Source: Mycobacterium sp. (GTDB taxonomy: Bacteria; Actinomycetota; Actinomycetes; Mycobacteriales; Mycobacteriaceae). From it: a stretch of DNA of 64,000 nucleotides. The first letter of the stretch is position 1. Each line of letters opens with the position of its first letter. The DNA lies in assembly GCA_035314925.1 (NCBI GenBank), contig DATFYT010000262.1, positions 7,476 to 71,475 of the forward strand, read 5' to 3'. Shown here piece by piece: positions 43,144 through 53,991 of this stretch. Both the position numbers and the translations under genes were made by a program. Below the pieces are notes generated by a model. That model saw nothing but the letters and a program-made list of their open reading frames with translations, was not told the origin of the DNA and made no database searches.

Positions 43144-43695
43144 CTAGCGTCCCGTCGCCGACGATTCGGTGTGCTCAGGCAGGCCTTGGGTCTGAGGCTT
43201 GTAGTCGCACTGGGTACGGATGCCCTGACCGTCCACGCTGCCCCAGTCAATTTTTGCTGCATCCGTACGATCGCAGGTCAGCGTGAAATAGGTTGCGGTT
43301 GCGCTGTTGCTCTCGGAAGTGGCGACGGGACCCCGTACGGTGACGGTGGCGCTCTGAAACTGCGGATCGGCGAATAACGCTTTCCACATCTGCGCGGTCG
43401 GCAAGAACAATTGCTCATCCGCAGCGATTTCCTTGTGAAAAACCGTGCCGCTCGGTTCTCGGACCGTGTAGCTGATGGTGCAGGTCGTTCGCCCGGTGCA
43501 CGTGACGATCGGTGAGCCCTCGATGGGCGCAGCAAATTGGTCACCTCCGACTGATTCTTGGACAAGCTGCGCGACCGCACTGTTGTCGACGGTGAACGAT
43601 TGGGGAGCCGAATATTGAGGCGGCGACGAGCAACCGACTACGAAGGCGAGGGTCGCAACGGGTAGCGATACTTTGCGGACGGCGCGGTTTGCCAT
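43144..43695 (-). CDS. Putative lipoprotein
   Basis: Basic N-terminus and lipobox FVVGC; four further Cys residues. Confidence 0.7.
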   Translation of the reverse strand: MANRAVRKVSLPVATLAFVVGCSSPPQYSAPQSFTVDNSAVAQLVQESVGGDQFAAPIEGSPIVTCTGRTTCTISYTVREPSGTVFHKEIAADEQLFLPTAQMWKALFADPQFQSATVTVRGPVATSESNSATATYFTLTCDRTDAAKIDWGSVDGQGIRTQCDYKPQTQGLPEHTESSATGR

Positions 43696-43747
43696 CCTGA
43701 GAGATTAGGGATTCTTCGAATGGCGGAGAAGAACTGCGAGGAGGTGG

Positions 43748-43805
43748 TTACGTGATTTTAGCGTGGCAAACGTAGGTTATTTACGCGATTTTAGCGTGGC
43801 CAACG
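43748..43805. repeat. 25-bp near-tandem duplication of the bcpB 3' end
   Basis: ttacgtgattttagcgtggcaaacg (43748-43772) versus ttacgcgattttagcgtggccaacg (43781-43805), 23/25 identical. Confidence 0.9.
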
Positions 43806-44235
43806 CCTTGTCGGCGTGAGTGTCCATGCTCAGTTCGCTGGAGATCACGTCGAGCACCTTGCGGTTGGTGTCGATGACGAAGGTGGTGCGCTTGACCGGA
43901 AGCAATTTGCTCAACAACCCTCGCTTGACGCCGAACTGGGCGGCGATCGCGCCGTTGGTGTCCGACAGCAACGGATAGTCGAAATGCTGCGTGTCGGCGA
44001 ACTTGGCTTGCTTTGCAACCGGATCAACGCTGATGCCGACCCGGTTGGCCCCGACGGCGTCGAATTCTCCGGCCAAGTCGCGGAAGTGGCAGGCCTCCTT
44101 GGTGCAGCCGGGCGTCATCGCGGCCGGGTAGAAGAACAGCACCACGGGCCCATCGGACAGCAGCGCGCTGAGCTTGCGCGAGGTGCCGGTCTGGTCGGGA
44201 AGCTCGAAGTCGGTCACGGTGTCACCGGTTTTCAT
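43777..44235 (-). CDS. bcpB: Peroxiredoxin Bcp
   Basis: FFYPAAMTPGCTKEACHFRD; divergent from trpE. Confidence 0.93.
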   Translation of the reverse strand: MKTGDTVTDFELPDQTGTSRKLSALLSDGPVVLFFYPAAMTPGCTKEACHFRDLAGEFDAVGANRVGISVDPVAKQAKFADTQHFDYPLLSDTNGAIAAQFGVKRGLLSKLLPVKRTTFVIDTNRKVLDVISSELSMDTHADKALATLKSRK

Positions 44236-44297
44236 GGCCGTTACGCTACGCCGGGGGTCAATGCGGCATCTGAGAAGACGGCTTGGAAGATAGAAGC

Positions 44298-45854
44298 GTG
44301 CACGCCAAACTTGCCGTCGCCACCACCTCGCGGGACGATTTCCACGCGCTGGCGGCCGTACATCGCGTGGTGCCGGTGACGCGCAAAGTTCTCGCCGATG
44401 CCGAGACGCCGCTGTCCGCGTACCGCAAGCTGGCCGCCAACCGGCCGGGCACCTTTCTGCTGGAGTCGGCCGAGAACGGCCGGTCCTGGTCGCGGTGGTC
44501 CTTCATCGGCGCCGGCGCGCCGTCGGCATTGACGGTGCGTGACGGCGAGGCGGTGTGGCTCGGCGCGGTGCCGCACGATGCCCCTACCGGTGGTGATCCG
44601 CTGCAAGCCCTGCGTGCCACTCTGGAGTTGCTGGCCACCGCTCCACCGCCTGGGCTGCCGCCGTTGTCGGGCGGCATGGTGGGCTTCTTCGCCTACGACC
44701 TGGTGCGGCGGCTGGAGCGGCTGCCGGAGCTGGTCGTCGACGACCTCAACCTGCCGGACATGCTGCTGCTCCTGGCGACCGACGTGGCGGCCGTCGATCA
44801 CCACGAGGGCACCATCACGCTGATCGCCAATGCGGTGAACTGGAACGGCACCGACGAGCGGATTGACGAGGCCTACGCCGACGCGATCGCGCGGCTCGAC
44901 GTGATGACCGCCGCGCTGAGTCAGCCGTTGCCGTCGACAGTTGCCACGTTCACCCGAGCGGAGCCGCGGCACCGCGCGCAGCGCACCGTCGAGGAGTACG
45001 GAGCGATCGTCGAGCATCTCGTCGGTGAAATCGAGCGCGGCGAGGCATTTCAGGTGGTGCCGTCGCAGCGTTTCGAGATGGACACCGACGTCGAGCCGAT
45101 CGACGTCTACCGGATGCTGCGGGTGTCCAATCCCAGCCCGTACATGTATCTGCTCCATGTCCCGAATGATGCTGGCGGAACAGCGTTTTCGATCGTCGGA
45201 TCCAGCCCCGAAGCGTTGGTGACCGTGCAGGAACGGTGGGCGACGACGCATCCGATCGCCGGGACCCGGTGGCGGGGGCAGACCGAAGAAGAAGACCATC
45301 TGCTGGAAAAGGAGTTACTGCACGACGAGAAAGAGCTCGCCGAGCATCTGATGCTGGTTGACTTGGGCCGCAACGACCTCGGCCGGGTCTGTGTGCCGGG
45401 CACGGTGCGGGTCGAGGATTACAGCCACATCGAGCGCTACAGCCACGTCATGCATCTGGTGTCCACGGTGACCGGGATGCTGGCCGAGGGGCGCGCCGCT
45501 CTGGACGCCGTGACGGCCTGCTTTCCGGCCGGAACGTTGTCCGGCGCACCGAAGGTGCGGGCGATGGAACTCATCGAAGAGGTGGAGAAGACCCGTCGTG
45601 GCCTCTACGGCGGCGTGGTCGGCTACCTCGATTTCGCCGGCAACGCCGACTTCGCGATCGCGATCCGTACCGCCCTGATGCGCGACGGCACCGCCTACGT
45701 CCAGGCCGGCGGCGGCGTGGTGGCCGACTCCAACGGGCCCTACGAGCACACCGAGGCGACGAATAAGGCGCGGGCGGTGCTCAATGCGATCGCCGCGGCC
45801 GAGACGCTGACCGCGCCGGATGCGCCCGTCGACGATGCGGGCCGGGATGGCTGA
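44298..45854 (+). CDS. trpE: Anthranilate synthase component I
   Basis: [29 protein letters not shown] and GTLSGAPK. Confidence 0.97.
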   Translation: MHAKLAVATTSRDDFHALAAVHRVVPVTRKVLADAETPLSAYRKLAANRPGTFLLESAENGRSWSRWSFIGAGAPSALTVRDGEAVWLGAVPHDAPTGGDPLQALRATLELLATAPPPGLPPLSGGMVGFFAYDLVRRLERLPELVVDDLNLPDMLLLLATDVAAVDHHEGTITLIANAVNWNGTDERIDEAYADAIARLDVMTAALSQPLPSTVATFTRAEPRHRAQRTVEEYGAIVEHLVGEIERGEAFQVVPSQRFEMDTDVEPIDVYRMLRVSNPSPYMYLLHVPNDAGGTAFSIVGSSPEALVTVQERWATTHPIAGTRWRGQTEEEDHLLEKELLHDEKELAEHLMLVDLGRNDLGRVCVPGTVRVEDYSHIERYSHVMHLVSTVTGMLAEGRAALDAVTACFPAGTLSGAPKVRAMELIEEVEKTRRGLYGGVVGYLDFAGNADFAIAIRTALMRDGTAYVQAGGGVVADSNGPYEHTEATNKARAVLNAIAAAETLTAPDAPVDDAGRDG

Positions 45855-46506
45855 TGCCGCGCCCGACCGCGCGGGCCGGCGGACCATCCGGATAGCGCAG
45901 GCCCTTCTGGTGGTCGCCGCCGCCGGACTGTCGGCGGCATCCCGGTTGACCTGGGTCGATCTGCGGACCTTCGACGGGTTGGGCCCGCCGAAGCTCATCA
46001 CGTTGCCCGGCGCGGCGTGGTCGTCGGCGTTGGTCCCGTTGGCGCTGGTGTTGCTGGCCACCGCGGTCGCCGCGTTGGCCGTGCGCGGCTGGCCGCTGCG
46101 AATGCTCGCGCTGCTGGTGGCCGTTGCCAGTCTGGCGACCGGCTACCTGGCGATCAGCCTGTGGGTCATCCCGGACGTGGCCGTCCGCGGAGCCGACATC
46201 GCGCACGTCCCCGTGCTGACGTTGATGGGCAGCCAGCGGCATTACCCCGGTCCGGCGATTACCCTCGCGACCGCGATATGCACGCTGGTCGCTGCCGTGC
46301 TGCTGATGCGAGCGGCGGCCTCCGCTCGCGGCACAGTCACGAAATATCTGACGCCCGCCGCCCGCCGAGCACTGGCGCCGCCCGACGAGAAGACCATGTC
46401 TGAGCGAATGCTCTGGGATGCGCTCGATGAAGGTCGCGACCCGACCGATCAACCGCAAGAGCCGGATCGCGAAACAGGACACGAACCTGACACCGAGGGT
46501 CGGTGA
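45847..46506 (+). CDS. Trp-region membrane protein (Rv1610-like)
   Basis: TM helices and C-terminal [16 protein letters not shown]. Confidence 0.88.
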   Translation: MADAAPDRAGRRTIRIAQALLVVAAAGLSAASRLTWVDLRTFDGLGPPKLITLPGAAWSSALVPLALVLLATAVAALAVRGWPLRMLALLVAVASLATGYLAISLWVIPDVAVRGADIAHVPVLTLMGSQRHYPGPAITLATAICTLVAAVLLMRAAASARGTVTKYLTPAARRALAPPDEKTMSERMLWDALDEGRDPTDQPQEPDRETGHEPDTEGR

Positions 46507-46585
46507 CGGACCGCACGCCGACGGTCGCTACCCTTCGAAGGACGCCATCGATCTGCTGGCGGCCGTGGGGAAGGAACCGACAGGC

Positions 46586-47404
46586 ATGAGTTCGGCAAAC
46601 GTGCTCGACTCCATCATCGAAGGGGTCCGCGCCGACGTTGCCGCTCGTGAGGCTGTCGTGAGCATGTCCGAGGTCAAGGCGGCCGCCGAGGCGATGTCGT
46701 CACCGCTGGACGTCTTAGCGGCGTTGCGCGAGCCCGGCATCGGCGTCATCGCCGAGGTTAAGCGCGCCAGCCCGTCGGCGGGACAACTCGCGTCGATCTC
46801 CGACCCGGCCAAGTTGGCGCGCGCGTACGAGGATGGCGGCGCGCGGATCATCAGTGTGCTGACCGAACAGCGACGCTTCAAGGGCTCACTCGAGGATCTC
46901 GACGCGGTCCGCGGGGTGGTGTCAGTGCCGGTGCTGCGCAAAGACTTTGTGGTCGGGCCGTACCAGATTCACGAGGCACGCGCGCACGGCGCCGATATGC
47001 TGCTGCTGATCGTCGCGGCGCTGAACCAGTCTGCGCTGGAGTCGATGTTGGAGCGCATCGAGTCGTTGGGGATGACCGCACTGGTCGAGGTGCACACCGA
47101 GGAGGAAGCGGACCGGGCGCTGCAGGCCGGGGCGCGGGTGATCGGCGTCAACGCCCGAGACCTCAAGACGCTGAAAGTGGATCGAGACAGCTTCGCGCGC
47201 ATCGCGCCCGGGCTGCCAAGCGACGTGATCAGGATCGCTGAATCCGGGGTGCGTGGCACCGCCGACCTGCTGGCCTACGCCGGCGCAGGCGCGGACGCAG
47301 TGTTAGTTGGTGAGGGCCTCGTTACCAGCGGCGATCCCCGCGCAGCCGTCGCCGACCTGGTCACGGCCGGCAGGCATCCGTCGTGTCCAAAGCCGGCCCG
47401 CTAG
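46586..47404 (+). CDS. trpC: Indole-3-glycerol phosphate synthase
   Basis: [25 protein letters not shown] and AESG. Confidence 0.97.
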   Translation: MSSANVLDSIIEGVRADVAAREAVVSMSEVKAAAEAMSSPLDVLAALREPGIGVIAEVKRASPSAGQLASISDPAKLARAYEDGGARIISVLTEQRRFKGSLEDLDAVRGVVSVPVLRKDFVVGPYQIHEARAHGADMLLLIVAALNQSALESMLERIESLGMTALVEVHTEEEADRALQAGARVIGVNARDLKTLKVDRDSFARIAPGLPSDVIRIAESGVRGTADLLAYAGAGADAVLVGEGLVTSGDPRAAVADLVTAGRHPSCPKPAR

Positions 47405-47467
47405 CCCGGAGACGCATGCGCGGAAATGGTTGAACCATATGAGCCGCTTGCGCGTTGAGGCTTCGTA

Positions 47468-48742
47468 ATGGCAGACATCTTGCGTCCGGAACTGCCGCGT
47501 TCCAGCGCGGCAATCGCAGAGCCCACCCACCACGACCCCGACTCCCGGGGTCATTTCGGTGTGTACGGGGGCCGGTATGTCGCCGAGGCCCTGATGGCGG
47601 TCATCGAAGAGGTCACCGCCGCCTACGAAAAGGCGCGCACTGACCAGGAATTCCTGGACGCTCTCGACAAGTTGCAATTGCACTACACGGGAAGGCCGTC
47701 TCCGCTCTACGAGGCTGTTCGGCTCAGCGCGCACGCTGGCGGCGCGCGCATATTCCTCAAACGAGAAGACTTGAACCACACCGGTTCTCACAAGATCAAC
47801 AACGTCCTGGGTCAGGCCTTGTTGGCCCGGCAGATGGGCAAGACGCGGGTGATCGCCGAGACCGGTGCGGGCCAGCACGGGGTGGCCACCGCCACCGCCT
47901 GCGCGCTGCTCGGGTTGGACTGCGTCATCTACATGGGCGCCGTCGACACCGCACGGCAGGCCCTCAATGTCGCGCGGATGCGACTGCTCGGCGCCGAGGT
48001 GGTATCGGTCGAGTCGGGCTCGCAGACGCTCAAAGACGCGATCAATGAGGCGTTCCGCGATTGGGTCACCAACGCCGACAACACCTACTACTGCTTCGGC
48101 ACCGCCGCCGGGCCGCACCCGTTCCCGACGATGGTCCGCGACTTTCAGCGGGTCATCGGACTCGAGACGCGTGTGCAGATCCAGGATCAGGCCGGCCGAC
48201 TGCCCGACGCCGTCACCGCTTGCGTTGGCGGAGGATCCAACGCCATCGGAATCTTCCATGCGTTCCTCGACGACCCCGGGGTTCGGCTTGTCGGCTTCGA
48301 GGCTGCCGGCGACGGCGTTGAGACCGGTCGCCACGCCGCGACATTCACCGGCGGGTCACCCGGAGCGTTTCAGGGATCGTTCTCGTTCCTGCTGCAGGAC
48401 GAAGACGGCCAGACCATCGAATCGCATTCGATTTCGGCCGGCCTGGATTATCCGGGCGTGGGCCCCGAACACGCGTGGCTGCGGGATACCGGGCGCGCCG
48501 AATACCGACCGATTACCGACAGCGAGGCGATGGACGCGTTTCGGCTGTTGTGCCGGACGGAAGGCATCATCCCGGCGATCGAGTCGGCGCACGCGGTGGC
48601 CGGCGCGCTCAAGTTGGGTGTCGAGATGGGCAGTGGAGCGGTCATCGTCGTGAATCTGTCCGGCCGCGGTGACAAAGACGTTGAGACAGCCGCGAAATGG
48701 TTCGGCATCTTGGACGACGCGGCGGGCGGCGGCCAGCCGTGA
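47468..48742 (+). CDS. trpB: Tryptophan synthase beta chain
   Basis: [23 protein letters not shown] and [11 protein letters not shown]. Confidence 0.98.
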   Translation: MADILRPELPRSSAAIAEPTHHDPDSRGHFGVYGGRYVAEALMAVIEEVTAAYEKARTDQEFLDALDKLQLHYTGRPSPLYEAVRLSAHAGGARIFLKREDLNHTGSHKINNVLGQALLARQMGKTRVIAETGAGQHGVATATACALLGLDCVIYMGAVDTARQALNVARMRLLGAEVVSVESGSQTLKDAINEAFRDWVTNADNTYYCFGTAAGPHPFPTMVRDFQRVIGLETRVQIQDQAGRLPDAVTACVGGGSNAIGIFHAFLDDPGVRLVGFEAAGDGVETGRHAATFTGGSPGAFQGSFSFLLQDEDGQTIESHSISAGLDYPGVGPEHAWLRDTGRAEYRPITDSEAMDAFRLLCRTEGIIPAIESAHAVAGALKLGVEMGSGAVIVVNLSGRGDKDVETAAKWFGILDDAAGGGQP

Positions 48743-49551
48743 GTGTCAAGCAGAGTGAAACGAGTAGCCTGACAGAGCTTTTCAGCTCATGCCGGCGTGA
48801 TAACCGGGCGGCGTTGATCGGCTACCTTCCGACCGGATACCCCGACGTGCAGACATCGATTGATGCGATGACAGCGTTGATCGAATCCGGGTGCGACCTC
48901 ATCGAGGTGGGTGTGCCCTATTCGGATCCGGGTATGGACGGCCCAACCATCGCGAACGCGTCCGAAGTGGCTTTGCGCGGCGGTGTTCGAGTTCGGGACA
49001 CGCTGACCGCAGTCGAGGCGATCAGTGCCGCCGGTGGCCGTGCCGTCGTGATGACGTACTGGAATCCGGTGTTGCGCTACGGGGTTGACGCATTCGCGCG
49101 CGACCTTGCCGCAGCCGGCGGGCACGGTTTGATTACACCGGACCTGATCCCCGATGAGGCTGACGAGTGGTTGGCGGCGTCCGACCACCACCACGTGGAC
49201 CGCATCTTCTTGGTCGCGCCGTCGTCGACGCCGCAACGGTTGGCGGCGACGGTCGAGGCATCGCGCGGATTCGTGTATGCCGCATCGATCATGGGTGTGA
49301 CCGGTGCCCGCGATGCGGTCTCGAACGCGGCGCCTGAATTGGTGGCAAGGATCAAGGCGATTTCGGACATACCGGTCGGCGTCGGTCTGGGCGTGCGGTC
49401 TCGCGAACAGGCCGCTCAGATCGCGGGCTACGCCGACGGTGTCATCGTGGGTTCGGCGCTCGTCTCTGCACTGGCCGCGGGTATGCCAACGTTACGGACG
49501 CTGACAGAGGAACTGGCAGCCGGTGTACGCCAAAGGATTTCCGGGTCATGA
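48739..49551 (+). CDS. trpA: Tryptophan synthase alpha chain
   Basis: [22 protein letters not shown] and GVIVGSA. Confidence 0.97.
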   Translation: MSVKQSETSSLTELFSSCRRDNRAALIGYLPTGYPDVQTSIDAMTALIESGCDLIEVGVPYSDPGMDGPTIANASEVALRGGVRVRDTLTAVEAISAAGGRAVVMTYWNPVLRYGVDAFARDLAAAGGHGLITPDLIPDEADEWLAASDHHHVDRIFLVAPSSTPQRLAATVEASRGFVYAASIMGVTGARDAVSNAAPELVARIKAISDIPVGVGLGVRSREQAAQIAGYADGVIVGSALVSALAAGMPTLRTLTEELAAGVRQRISGS

Positions 49552-51044
49552 CGACGACTGTGATCGCATATTTCCCCAGTCCGCCCCAAGGGGTGTGGCA
49601 CCTGGGGCCGGTGCCGATCCGCGCGTACGCACTGTTCATCATCATCGGCATCGTCGCCGCACTGCTGATCGGTGATCGGCGCTGGGAGGCTCGCGGCGGC
49701 GAGCGCGGCGTGATTTATGACATCGCCCTGTGGGCGGTGCCTTTCGGGCTTATCGGAGGCAGGCTGTACCACCTGGCTACCGACTGGCGGACTTACTTCG
49801 GTGAAGGCGGTGCGGGACCGGCTGCGGCGCTGCGTATCTGGGACGGCGGCCTAGGGATCTGGGGCGCAGTCGCCTTGGGTGGTGTGGGTGCATGGATCGC
49901 TTGCCGCCGTCGGGGCATTCCGCTTCCTGCGTTCGGCGACGCGATTGCCCCCGGGATCGTTCTCGCCCAGGCGATCGGCCGGCTGGGCAACTACTTCAAC
50001 CAGGAGCTCTTCGGCCGCGAGACCGCGATGCCGTGGGGTTTGGAGATCTTCTATCGGCGCGACCCGGCTGGATTCGTGGATGTGCATTCGCTTGACGGCG
50101 TGTCGACCGGGCAGCTTGCGATGGTTGTGCAGCCGACCTTCCTCTACGAATTGCTCTGGAATTTACTGGTATTCGCGGTCTTGATATACCTGGATCGGCG
50201 TTTCACGATCGGGCATGGTCGGTTGTTCGCACTTTATGTCGCCGGCTACTGCATCGGACGCTTCTGCATCGAGCTGTTGCGTGACGATGCCGCCACCCAT
50301 ATCGCCGGAATCCGGATCAACTCCTTCACATCGACTTTCGTCTTCATCGGCGCGGTGGTGTATTTGATCCTGGCGCCCAAGGGTCGCGAGGACCCGGCGT
50401 CGCTCAGCGGCTCAGCTGCCGATCGACTGGTACCGGACTCGGTTGACGAAGAGACTAAGGACACAACGGCTTCAGCGGCTTCATCGGCGTTGTCGGACGT
50501 CGCGGCTCCTGTCGCCGCCGCGCTGGACACGGCGGAGGTCGACAAACCCGACAGCGGAGCTGAGGGGGTCGCGGCGGATGCCGATGCGGCAGACGTCGAC
50601 GGGCCGGAGGTCGAGGTCGCCGATGCGCCAGAGCAGGCCGCAACGGACGAGGCGGAGCCCGAGGCTGAGTCGGCGCCCGAGGAAGAGTCAGCCGAGCAGC
50701 CCGAGGGCGAGGCGGCGCCCGAGGAAGAGTCAGCCGAGCAGCCCGAGGCTGAGGCGGCGCCCGAGGAAGAGTCAGCCGAGCAGCCCGAGGCTGAGGCGGC
50801 AGAAGCCGACCACGAGGACTCCGCTCCGATCGACGAGTCTGGCGAAGCCGAGCCGGACAACGCCAAAGACGACGCGGCCGAGCCTTCCGGCGTCGACACA
50901 GAAGCCGAAGAATCCGATGCCGACGCGGCCGGGGAGGCGGCGGAATCAGCAGACGACGAGGCCGCAGCAGCGGAGGAGCCGACCCCGGAGGCGACGCAGT
51001 CGGGGTGGCGGCTGAGGCTGAATTCCCGGTTGCGCCGACGATAG
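49548..51044 (+). CDS. lgt: Prolipoprotein diacylglyceryl transferase with a long acidic tail
   Basis: GGRLYH, GGLGIWG, QAIGRLGNYFNQE and QPTFLYE. Confidence 0.96.
   Translation: MTTTVIAYFPSPPQGVWHLGPVPIRAYALFIIIGIVAALLIGDRRWEARGGERGVIYDIALWAVPFGLIGGRLYHLATDWRTYFGEGGAGPAAALRIWDGGLGIWGAVALGGVGAWIACRRRGIPLPAFGDAIAPGIVLAQAIGRLGNYFNQELFGRETAMPWGLEIFYRRDPAGFVDVHSLDGVSTGQLAMVVQPTFLYELLWNLLVFAVLIYLDRRFTIGHGRLFALYVAGYCIGRFCIELLRDDAATHIAGIRINSFTSTFVFIGAVVYLILAPKGREDPASLSGSAADRLVPDSVDEETKDTTASAASSALSDVAAPVAAALDTAEVDKPDSGAEGVAADADAADVDGPEVEVADAPEQAATDEAEPEAESAPEEESAEQPEGEAAPEEESAEQPEAEAAPEEESAEQPEAEAAEADHEDSAPIDESGEAEPDNAKDDAAEPSGVDTEAEESDADAAGEAAESADDEAAAAEEPTPEATQSGWRLRLNSRLRRR
50656..50800 (+). repeat. 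42-bp tandem repeat (about 3.5 copies) encoding PEAEAAPEEESAEQ in the Lgt tail
   Basis: gcccgaggaagagtcagccgagcagcccgagg recurs with a 42-bp period. Confidence 0.92.
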
Positions 51045-51077
51045 CCGCGTCGCCGCATCGACTGGCATGCTGAAAGC

Positions 51078-51491
51078 GTGACCAATCCGGCTCAGCACGG
51101 CGCTCGTCGCCGCCTGTACCCCGCGCTGGGGGCGGGTGCGCTGCTGGTGGGCGTCCTTGGCTACGTCGGCCTGGTCGACCCGCACAAGCCGGATTCGGTC
51201 TTTCCCATTTGCCCGTTCCGGCTGCTCACCGGGTGGAATTGTCCTGCCTGCGGAGGCCTGCGGATGGTTCATGACGTCTTGCACGGTGACCTGGCGGCAG
51301 CCATCAGCGACAACGTTTTCCTGCTCGTCGGCATCCCGGTGTTGGCCGGATGGATTGTGCTGCGCCGCCGCTCCGGAAAATCGCTGTTTTCACTACCGGC
51401 GGTCGCGACTCTCGTGATCGCGACGCTGGCGTGGACCGTGGTACGTAACATGCCGGGTTTCCCCTTGATTCCGACGTTACTCACCAGTTAG
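51078..51491 (+). CDS. DUF2752-type membrane protein (Rv1616-like)
   Basis: CPFRLLTGWNCPACGGLR. Confidence 0.88.
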   Translation: MTNPAQHGARRRLYPALGAGALLVGVLGYVGLVDPHKPDSVFPICPFRLLTGWNCPACGGLRMVHDVLHGDLAAAISDNVFLLVGIPVLAGWIVLRRRSGKSLFSLPAVATLVIATLAWTVVRNMPGFPLIPTLLTS

Positions 51492-51552
51492 CCCGCTGCC
51501 GGATCGGTAACTGTCGGCAGATGATCAGCTAGCGCGACTATGCTGGTTTGTC

Positions 51553-52971
51553 GTGGCGAGACGCGGCAAAATTGTCTGTACTCTCGGTCCGGCCACTGGC
51601 ACTGACGAATCGGTCAGAGCGCTGGTCGAAGCCGGAATGGATGTCGCCAGAATGAACTTCAGCCACGGCGACTACAGCGATCACAAAGCCTCCTACGACC
51701 GGGTGCGTGCCGCCTCTGATTCCACCGGGCGCGCGGTGGGCGTGCTCGCCGACCTGCAAGGCCCCAAGATCAGGCTCGGCCGTTTCGCCGACGGACCGAC
51801 CTATTGGGCTGACGGCGAAACCGTGCGGATCACTGTCTGCGACTGCGCGGGCAACCACGACCGGGTTTCGACCACGTACAAGCAGTTGGCCCAAGACGCG
51901 CTGCCGGGCGACCGCGTTCTGGTGGACGACGGCAACGTCGGCTTGGTGGTCCAGCACATCGACGGCGACGACGTCGTGTGCACCGTCACCGAAGGTGGCC
52001 CCGTCAGCAACAACAAGGGAATCTCGCTGCCAGGGATGAGCGTTTCGGCTCCCGCCTTGTCCGAGAAGGACGTCGAGGATCTTGAGTTCGCACTGCACTT
52101 GGGCGTCGACATGGTGGCGCTCTCGTTTGTGCGCTCGCCATCCGATGTCGAGCTGGTCCACGAAGTGATGGATCGGGTCGGCCGGCGGGTACCGGTCATC
52201 GCCAAACTCGAGAAGCCCGAAGCCATCGACAACCTCGAAGCAGTAGTGCTGGCCTTCGACGCTGTGATGGTCGCCCGCGGCGACTTGGGTGTCGAGCTGC
52301 CGCTCGAAGAAGTTCCGCTGGTACAGAAGCGGGCCATCCAAATGGCCAGGGAGAATGCAAAACCCGTCATCGTGGCGACGCAGATGCTCGAGTCGATGAT
52401 CGAACACTCGCGGCCGACACGGGCCGAGGCCTCCGACGTCGCCAACGCCGTGCTCGACGGCGCGGACGCGTTGATGCTGTCCGGGGAAACCTCCGTCGGC
52501 AAGCATCCGTTGGCCGCGGTGCAGACGATGGCCCGGATTGTGTGCGCGGTGGAAGAGAATTCGACCGCTGCCCCGCCGCTGACGCACGTGCCTCGCACCA
52601 AGCGCGGAGTGATCAGTTACGCGGCCCGCGATATCGGTGAACGGCTCGACGCCAAAGCTCTGGTCGCATTCACCCAGTCCGGAGACACCGTGCGGCGACT
52701 GGCCCGATTGCATACGCCGCTCCCGTTGCTGGCGTTCACCCCCCTGCCTGAAGTGCGCAGTCAACTGGCCATGACGTGGGGCACCGAGACGTTCATCGTC
52801 CCGATTATCCAGACCACCGATGGCATGATCCGCCAAGTCGACAAGTCGCTGCTGGCGCTCGGCCGCTACAAACGCGGCGACCTGGTGGTGATCGTCGCGG
52901 GCGCGCCCCCGGGCACCGTCGGGTCAACCAACTTGATCCACGTGCACCGAATCGGCGAGGAGGACGTTTAG
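51553..52971 (+). CDS. pyk: Pyruvate kinase
   Basis: KIVCTLGPA, RMNFSHG, DLQGPKIR, MVARGDLGVE and MLSGET. Confidence 0.98.
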   Translation: MARRGKIVCTLGPATGTDESVRALVEAGMDVARMNFSHGDYSDHKASYDRVRAASDSTGRAVGVLADLQGPKIRLGRFADGPTYWADGETVRITVCDCAGNHDRVSTTYKQLAQDALPGDRVLVDDGNVGLVVQHIDGDDVVCTVTEGGPVSNNKGISLPGMSVSAPALSEKDVEDLEFALHLGVDMVALSFVRSPSDVELVHEVMDRVGRRVPVIAKLEKPEAIDNLEAVVLAFDAVMVARGDLGVELPLEEVPLVQKRAIQMARENAKPVIVATQMLESMIEHSRPTRAEASDVANAVLDGADALMLSGETSVGKHPLAAVQTMARIVCAVEENSTAAPPLTHVPRTKRGVISYAARDIGERLDAKALVAFTQSGDTVRRLARLHTPLPLLAFTPLPEVRSQLAMTWGTETFIVPIIQTTDGMIRQVDKSLLALGRYKRGDLVVIVAGAPPGTVGSTNLIHVHRIGEEDV

Positions 52972-52984
52972 CCGGGCAACTAGG

Positions 52985-53040
52985 CCGCCCGGTGACGATG
53001 CGCTTCGCGAAGCGAAGGGCTGAGGAAGCGGGCAATTAGG
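52985..53040 (+). repeat. Possible single MIRU-like intergenic unit
   Basis: gacgatgcg...gcgaag...tgaggaagcgggcaat resembles recalled mycobacterial interspersed repeat units; single copy in the window. Confidence 0.4.
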
Positions 53041-53048
53041 CTGAACCG

Positions 53049-53912
53049 GTGTCTGACTTCGACGAGCTGATGACGGTGCTCGACCTCCATCGCATGGGCG
53101 ACGACGTCTTCATCGGATCTCATCCCAGTAAGAACCCGCCGCGGACATTCGGCGGACTGATGATGGCGCAATCATTCGTGGCGGCAAGCCGCACGCTGAC
53201 CCGCGACTTGCCACCCAATGCGCTGTCCGTGCACTTCATCAATGGCGGTGATATTGCCAAAGACATCGAATTCCAGGTGGTGCGGCTGCGCGACGAGCGC
53301 CGCTTCGCGAACCGGCGCATCGAGGTCACTCAGGACGGCACGCTGCTCGCGACGGTGATGATTTCCTACCTGTCCGGCGGACGCGGCCTTGAGCACAACG
53401 TCGAACCGCCCGAGGTCGCCGATCCGGAGACGCTTCCGTCGATAAAGGAGCTGCTGAGCGGGTACGAGAAGACCGTTCCGTTGTTCGTCAACGCGCTGCA
53501 ACCAATCGAATGGCGGTACACCAACGACCCATCCTGGGTGATGCGGGATAAAGGCGAGCGGCTCGACTACAACCGAGTGTGGGTCAAAGCCGACGGGGTG
53601 ATGCCCGACGATCCCGCGTTACACACCGCCACGATGCTCTACTGCTCGGACACCACCGTGCTGGACTCAATCATCACCACGCACGGGCTCTCGTGGGGCT
53701 TCGACCGCATCTTCGCTGCGACCGTCAATCACTCGGTCTGGTTTCACCGCCAGGTGAGTTTTGACGACTGGGTGTTGTATTCCACATCTTCGCCGGTGGC
53801 TACCGATTCACGCGGGCTTGGCACCGGCTACTTCTTCGACCGCTCCGGGCGGCCGGTCGCCACCGTCGTACAAGAAGGCGTGGTGAAGTATTTCCCCGGT
53901 TCGAGACCGTAG
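53049..53912 (+). CDS. tesB: Acyl-CoA thioesterase II
   Basis: RTFGG, LSVHF, SD, NHSVWFHR and QEG. Confidence 0.93.
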   Translation: MSDFDELMTVLDLHRMGDDVFIGSHPSKNPPRTFGGLMMAQSFVAASRTLTRDLPPNALSVHFINGGDIAKDIEFQVVRLRDERRFANRRIEVTQDGTLLATVMISYLSGGRGLEHNVEPPEVADPETLPSIKELLSGYEKTVPLFVNALQPIEWRYTNDPSWVMRDKGERLDYNRVWVKADGVMPDDPALHTATMLYCSDTTVLDSIITTHGLSWGFDRIFAATVNHSVWFHRQVSFDDWVLYSTSSPVATDSRGLGTGYFFDRSGRPVATVVQEGVVKYFPGSRP

Positions 53913-53991
53913 GCCGACGGGCAACGATTCGATTGCAGCACGCTCGGTGTCACCGCAGTAACAGCGGTTCCGAGCGTAGCGTTTCAGGTGG

